Assembly: GCA_000999095.1 (NCBI GenBank)
Contig: LCFP01000001.1
Location: 138,230 to 202,229 of the forward strand
Source of the DNA: Candidatus Gottesmanbacteria bacterium GW2011_GWA2_43_14
GTDB taxonomy: Bacteria; Patescibacteriota; Microgenomatia; 2-02-FULL-39-11
Reading direction: 5' to 3'
Length of the DNA stretch: 64,000 nt
Shown: one piece after another, positions 59,623 through 64,000 of the stretch
How positions within the stretch are numbered: position 1 is the stretch's first letter
Layout of the letters: every line of letters starts with the position of its first letter
The notes under the pieces: generated by a model
The model's database searches: none
Told to the model about the DNA's origin: nothing
What the model saw: only the letters and a program-made list of their open reading frames with translations
Position numbers and translations under genes: made by a program

Positions 59623-61210
59623 GCTTTTTTCTGATAAAAATATAAACGCAATAGAATAAAGCTGACAAAGACACGATGTCTGCCGCAAACCGCACCGGAG
59701 TCTCAGTAAAATTTGCCTCTATCTGGTGCCGGCCATGCCCGAAATCTGCCTCGATAATTCCGAAGTCATTATTATATCTAAATGTCATTGGCTTGCCGTT
59801 ATCCGCCAGCTGCCAACCCGGGAAAAAAATTGTATTCAAACGGACAGTTCCCGGTGTGACTGCCTGAATAGTGAATTTTGCCTTACGGGAATTATAATTC
59901 AGGTCCGAAATCTCAGCATCGCCCGTCACAATCTCAGCTTTTCGCAAATAACGGTTTTCGGGTTTACGGCTTACATAAACCGGCATCAGTTCATCAGCTG
60001 AAGTTGTGGTGGCATCATTGGTCAAATAATAATCATCGCTTTTATTTATCGGATTGTTAATTCCGGTTAAGGGCAAAATAGACATAAAACCAATTAATAT
60101 TAGGAGGCTGCCGGCGTAGACAGCCTGTTTCTTATAAAATAAAAAAACTGACGCTAAGGCAACAATAAAGCACAATATGCCTCCCATCCTCCAGGGAAAA
60201 TCAATGGAGGACAAAAGAGGCAATTGCCAGACAAGCCGGGAAGAGGAGTGAAGCAGAAAAACCGTCAAAGGCACAGAGAGCAAAAAGAAAACTGCGGACT
60301 GAATTTTTGCACGGTTTTTAATTAAAAGGATGACAGACAGGATCAAAACAGACGTCTGTTGGGCAGTCAAGCCGAAAGACGGTAAGCCTACCCTTGGCGT
60401 GGCCATGAATATTTCACCCAAGCTGAGAAAATGTGATGACTTGTCAGCCAAAGGCATTATCGAAAGCAGGATGTATTTTCTTTCATGAAGGGCAGGGACA
60501 ATAAAAAAGGCAGCCAAGGCAAAAGACAGAATTACAGGAAATAAAATCAGCTTCAGCTTATTCGGCAAAACACTTTTTACATCTTTAAAAACAGTTATAA
60601 GCCACAAGAACCAAAACGGGGAAAAAAGCAGGGATAAGACATTATGGGTTAAGAGCAGTGACGCTAGAGACAATGAAAGAAGGACTCCCCTTTTTAGACC
60701 GGTCTTCTCCCTGTATACAAGGGTCAGATAAAATATCAGAGGGAAAAGGCTTAAAGCCAAAGATTCCCCGAGCGAGCCCCTGACATAAAGGTCAGTCAGG
60801 CGGTAAGGAACGGTCATATAAAAAAAAGCAGCCATCATGCCCGCCCAATTTCCTTTTATTTTGGCGGCTAATAAGAACATAAAATAGCCGGACATAAAAA
60901 CACTCAGGACAAAAAGCAATTTAATGATTTCAGTAAAGTCGGCCCCGGTCAGGCGGATTAAACTGCCGAGATAAAAGGGCAAAGGGTAAGTAAATGAAAA
61001 CAGCGGGTAACCGTAACCGTGGTTTAAATAATCAGACCATCGCGGCGGAATCTGCAGATCTTTGAGCTCCCTGACCATTTCTGCTAAACGCACAATTGCC
61101 CATTCGCCGTCATCGGTCGCAAAAAAACCCGGCCTGGAAAAAGGCAGTATCAGAAGGGTTGCCGCCAAAATGAGGATTAATCCGCAAAAATACGGCAGCA
61201 ACTTTTTCAT
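59603..61210 (-). CDS. Polytopic membrane protein, PTPS-related-domain/YfhO-like putative GT-C (paralog C)
   Basis: FFATDDGEWAIVRLAEMVRELKDLQIPPRWSDYLNHGYGYPLFSFTYPLPFY. Confidence 0.5.
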   Translation of the reverse strand: MKKLLPYFCGLILILAATLLILPFSRPGFFATDDGEWAIVRLAEMVRELKDLQIPPRWSDYLNHGYGYPLFSFTYPLPFYLGSLIRLTGADFTEIIKLLFVLSVFMSGYFMFLLAAKIKGNWAGMMAAFFYMTVPYRLTDLYVRGSLGESLALSLFPLIFYLTLVYREKTGLKRGVLLSLSLASLLLTHNVLSLLFSPFWFLWLITVFKDVKSVLPNKLKLILFPVILSFALAAFFIVPALHERKYILLSIMPLADKSSHFLSLGEIFMATPRVGLPSFGLTAQQTSVLILSVILLIKNRAKIQSAVFFLLSVPLTVFLLHSSSRLVWQLPLLSSIDFPWRMGGILCFIVALASVFLFYKKQAVYAGSLLILIGFMSILPLTGINNPINKSDDYYLTNDATTTSADELMPVYVSRKPENRYLRKAEIVTGDAEISDLNYNSRKAKFTIQAVTPGTVRLNTIFFPGWQLADNGKPMTFRYNNDFGIIEADFGHGRHQIEANFTETPVRFAADIVSLSALFYCVYIFIRKKHDDSIN

Positions 61211-62691
61211 AACTCGGGCACAGGCTTTATCCGGAAAAAGTAGAGATAACTGTCGCCAGTACCCCTTCGGATTCTGAATATCAATTCAGCCGGCCAGTCG
61301 TCAGAAAGCTTCTGTGAATCTTTAAGGACAAGATAAGTCGGTTTTTCGGAAGCAAATCCGATCAGTTCCTCTTTACCGCTGTCCACCGGCCAATAACCTT
61401 TAATGGTGATATTTTCATTTTGCTTAAGATAGATTTCATAAACCGCAGGATTTAAACCGAAAGTGCCTTCAGTTGCCAAAACGATCTCCTTCCCCGCAGC
61501 TTCTTTTTCAATAAATGAAATCACCTGGTTTACTCCGTATCCTGAAGGCCAGTCGTTCAACAGTTGGTTACGGTCACTGTCCGGTATCCTGGCTTCAAGT
61601 GGCCTGAAACTCACCAGATAGGAGTTTATGACCAATGGAGCCAGCACTACGGCTGGAACCAGGTATAAATATTTTGCTTTATCACGCGCAAATGAAGTCA
61701 TTCCGGACAAAAAATCAGCTGCAACCAGATAAAAAGGCACAGTCATAAAAAGGAGAAACCTGGGAAACAGCACTTTGCCGAAGGCGGCTAAAGAAAGGAA
61801 GGGAATTATAAACCAAAGTAATAAATATGGGATACGCCGGTCTTTTCTGATTAAGGCCAAAATTAATGCGATTAATATGACTGATATAAACGGCCAGGAA
61901 AAATATGAAAGGAGCATCTGTGTCAAACCGTTCAAATTCGGACGCAGTACCGAAAACGGCCGGTCAAGAAAATCACTCAAGGTATAGATAAAAGAATAGT
62001 TTTTTTGTTCAATAATATAGAAAAAAGGCGACAATCTGAGAGAATTATATATAATATGCGCAAGCAAAATACTCAATAGTGAAAGCCCGCTCCATTTTAA
62101 CAGTGATTTAAAATTATTTTTTCTTTGCCAGTTGAACAGCAAGAGGGAAAAAGGCATCAGATATATAAAGAAAAAAGCGGAAGATTTTGTCAGCAAACCC
62201 AAGCCGATAACCATACCTAACAAAAGCGCTATATCCAACTGCCGTTTTTTCACCAGCAATACTTCCAGATAGAGTGACCAGACAGCCAATGACAACAGTA
62301 GGGAATCCATTAACGCCAGCCTGTCATAGACAAGAGCAAAAGGCGTAAATAAATAAATCAAGCCGGTCCATACCGCCGTTCGGCGGTTAAACAGATGCAA
62401 AGCCAAAAGATACAATCCGGCGGCAGACAAAACCCCTGATAGTACGGATACCATCCTTCCGGCAATAAGCGGATCTTCCATTATTTTCAGAAAGGGATAC
62501 ATCGCCCAGGTCATCAATGGCTGTTTGCCGTCCGTCAGGGAAATAAAACGGTGAGCAGGATCATTTAAACCGATTTGCGCCCACCTGATGTAGATTGCTT
62601 CATCGGTAAAAATAGGTATTTTCGTCAGATTGAGAGTACGGCTGGCAAAAACAGACAGGCAGATAATAAAAATCAGTAAAAAGTCTCTCAT
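61207..62691 (-). CDS. GT-C glycosyltransferase, ArnT/GT83-GT39-like
   Basis: IPIFTDEAIYIRWAQ (DE motif first loop), GKQPLMTW, LLTKSSAFFF. 494 aa, mostly transmembrane. Confidence 0.55.
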   Translation of the reverse strand: MRDFLLIFIICLSVFASRTLNLTKIPIFTDEAIYIRWAQIGLNDPAHRFISLTDGKQPLMTWAMYPFLKIMEDPLIAGRMVSVLSGVLSAAGLYLLALHLFNRRTAVWTGLIYLFTPFALVYDRLALMDSLLLSLAVWSLYLEVLLVKKRQLDIALLLGMVIGLGLLTKSSAFFFIYLMPFSLLLFNWQRKNNFKSLLKWSGLSLLSILLAHIIYNSLRLSPFFYIIEQKNYSFIYTLSDFLDRPFSVLRPNLNGLTQMLLSYFSWPFISVILIALILALIRKDRRIPYLLLWFIIPFLSLAAFGKVLFPRFLLFMTVPFYLVAADFLSGMTSFARDKAKYLYLVPAVVLAPLVINSYLVSFRPLEARIPDSDRNQLLNDWPSGYGVNQVISFIEKEAAGKEIVLATEGTFGLNPAVYEIYLKQNENITIKGYWPVDSGKEELIGFASEKPTYLVLKDSQKLSDDWPAELIFRIRRGTGDSYLYFFRIKPVPEL

Positions 62692-62715
62692 GAAACATAC
62701 AAATTATAGCAGATA

Positions 62716-63873
62716 TCAGCTTTTAATCAGATTTTTTGAAACAAGATAAAGTGAAGCGAGAACGAGCGGGACCAACAGGAAAATGTCTGCGGTTTTAGCC
62801 GTCAGCTCGGTATAGGTGCCGGAATAAAGGTATGGAAGGTAGCGCAAGAGAACCGCCCAGGATAAAACAGCTGTCAGATTTCTGATTTGTGGCTGATGTA
62901 TCAAAGAAACAATGCCGATTACAGTCAGAAAATACCAGGGATAGGCTTCCCTCAATGAAATTAAATATATGATCATAATTCCGACGGAAGCCAAAACCAG
63001 ATAAAGAAATTTCTCCCTGGATTCTCTGATCTTTTTGGGTGGGAACAAAACCAGAGGAATGACTACAGTTGTTAAATATTTAACCAAGGCGGACAGGGAA
63101 AGGAAAATCAGTGACCCTTTTATTCTTTTTTGAAAGTAATAATAAAAAAATATCAGCAGGAAAAACAGCATCATGGATTCGTTGTGCGGACTGACCAGGC
63201 TTTCAATAATCACCAATGGACTTAAAGCAAAATAGAGCATGTTTTCTCTGGCGGTTTTTACCCCGTCAGATAGACTAATTCTGCCGATAAGATATGTATT
63301 GCCCAAATACAGGAGAAAAAACATCAGCTTAAAACCTGCCATAGTCAGGACAAAAATTTGCCTGCCCAAATAGGAAACCGCTATGGAAACCATAAGCCAA
63401 ACCGGGCCATATGGGTACGTCCTGTGTGTCCAGTGCATGAATCTTGTCCATAAATCATCCGGAAAATCCAAAGCAGTATATAAATAAGGATTAAGATGGT
63501 ATTTGGTTACAATCCGCGCATCGAACAGATAGTTGAAGAAATCATGGGAAAAAGCAGGATAGGCAATGGCACCTGTTGCCCCGGTCACAACCAATAGAAG
63601 CAGTAGTTGGCGGCCGCTAAGCGGAAATTTTTCAGTCAGGAAAAGCCAGTATTTTTGCATGAAGAATAAACAGACTGTCAGCAGGAAAAATATCAGGGCA
63701 GATACAGGCCTGCGGAAATAGCCCAGGACGATCATCAGATTCTGGAAGGATTGGTAGGCAGAATTACCTGACAGGGTCAAATTCAGGTCTATCTGGGAAT
63801 AACTGTATACCGAAAGCAATATCAGAACAAGAAACGAGCCCGTGAGTAAGCCGGCATAAATTTTTTTAGGCAT
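62716..63873 (-). CDS. GT-C mannosyltransferase-like, GT87/DUF2029 (PimE-like)
   Basis: AFSHDFFNYLFDARIVTKYHLNPY resembles the GT87 FSxDxxRYxWDGR...GxNPY first-loop motif. 385 aa, about 10 TM helices. Confidence 0.5.
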   Translation of the reverse strand: MPKKIYAGLLTGSFLVLILLSVYSYSQIDLNLTLSGNSAYQSFQNLMIVLGYFRRPVSALIFFLLTVCLFFMQKYWLFLTEKFPLSGRQLLLLLVVTGATGAIAYPAFSHDFFNYLFDARIVTKYHLNPYLYTALDFPDDLWTRFMHWTHRTYPYGPVWLMVSIAVSYLGRQIFVLTMAGFKLMFFLLYLGNTYLIGRISLSDGVKTARENMLYFALSPLVIIESLVSPHNESMMLFFLLIFFYYYFQKRIKGSLIFLSLSALVKYLTTVVIPLVLFPPKKIRESREKFLYLVLASVGIMIIYLISLREAYPWYFLTVIGIVSLIHQPQIRNLTAVLSWAVLLRYLPYLYSGTYTELTAKTADIFLLVPLVLASLYLVSKNLIKS

Positions 63874-64000
63874 CGTATTTGCCCAGAGAGCTGTTAAACT
63901 TTATCCTCAAAAGATCATAGAGGCTTTCCAGCGAGTCTTTGACGGGGTTTACATTGCGGGTTTCCTGGTAATGCCACTCAATGGGTACTTCAGCTATGCG
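63874..64000 (-). CDS. Partial (N-terminus beyond window end) GT2 polyprenyl-phosphate sugar synthase, C-terminal fragment
   Basis: Minus-strand translation ...RIAEVPIEWHYQETRNVNPVKDSLESLYDLLRIKFNSSLGKYDA* ends with TAA in an 8-nt overlap (ATGCCTAA) with the 62716..63873 start. The EVPIxWxxR motif is the DPM1/GtrB C-terminal signature. Confidence 0.5.

Overview
This 64 kb window is one near-continuous, single-strand (minus) array of about 55 tightly packed, often overlapping genes, almost all devoted to glycan biosynthesis. Only tRNA-guanine transglycosylase (tgt) is on the plus strand. No rRNA, tRNA, CRISPR array, transposase or integrase is visible.

The content points to a low-GC bacterium with standard stop codons. 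The protein families resemble those of Patescibacteria/CPR (Microgenomates-like) genomes, which is inference only.

The locus combines two layers:
- A cytoplasmic, ABC-transporter-dependent pathway. It has Wzm/Wzt with a C-terminal glycan-binding domain, many GT2/GT4 enzymes, a GT4-GT2-methyltransferase triple fusion and three further methyltransferases (FkbM-family and two class I). It also has GDP-L-fucose synthase, a GT11 alpha-1,2-fucosyltransferase, a GT10-like fucosyltransferase, and a Wzx-like flippase.
- An unusually large extracytoplasmic layer of at least 15 (up to 18) polytopic GT-C-fold membrane glycosyltransferases, served by at least five DPM1/GtrB-like polyprenyl-phosphate-sugar synthases. 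The GT-C set is:
  - seven tandem GT39/ArnT/PMT-like paralogs
  - three PTPS-related/YfhO-like paralogs
  - one YfhO-like protein
  - one PIG-V-like mannosyltransferase
  - one GT87/PimE-like protein
  - one ArnT-like protein
  - one DUF2142-like protein

The most striking single feature is the seven-gene tandem array of divergent GT39-like paralogs at 26.5-38.8 kb. A small non-glycan insert at 38.8-41.5 kb carries a DnaQ-exonuclease/GIY-YIG fusion, a bacterial SET-domain protein and a NYN/LabA nuclease-fold protein.

All functional calls rest on motif recognition by eye. No database search was run.
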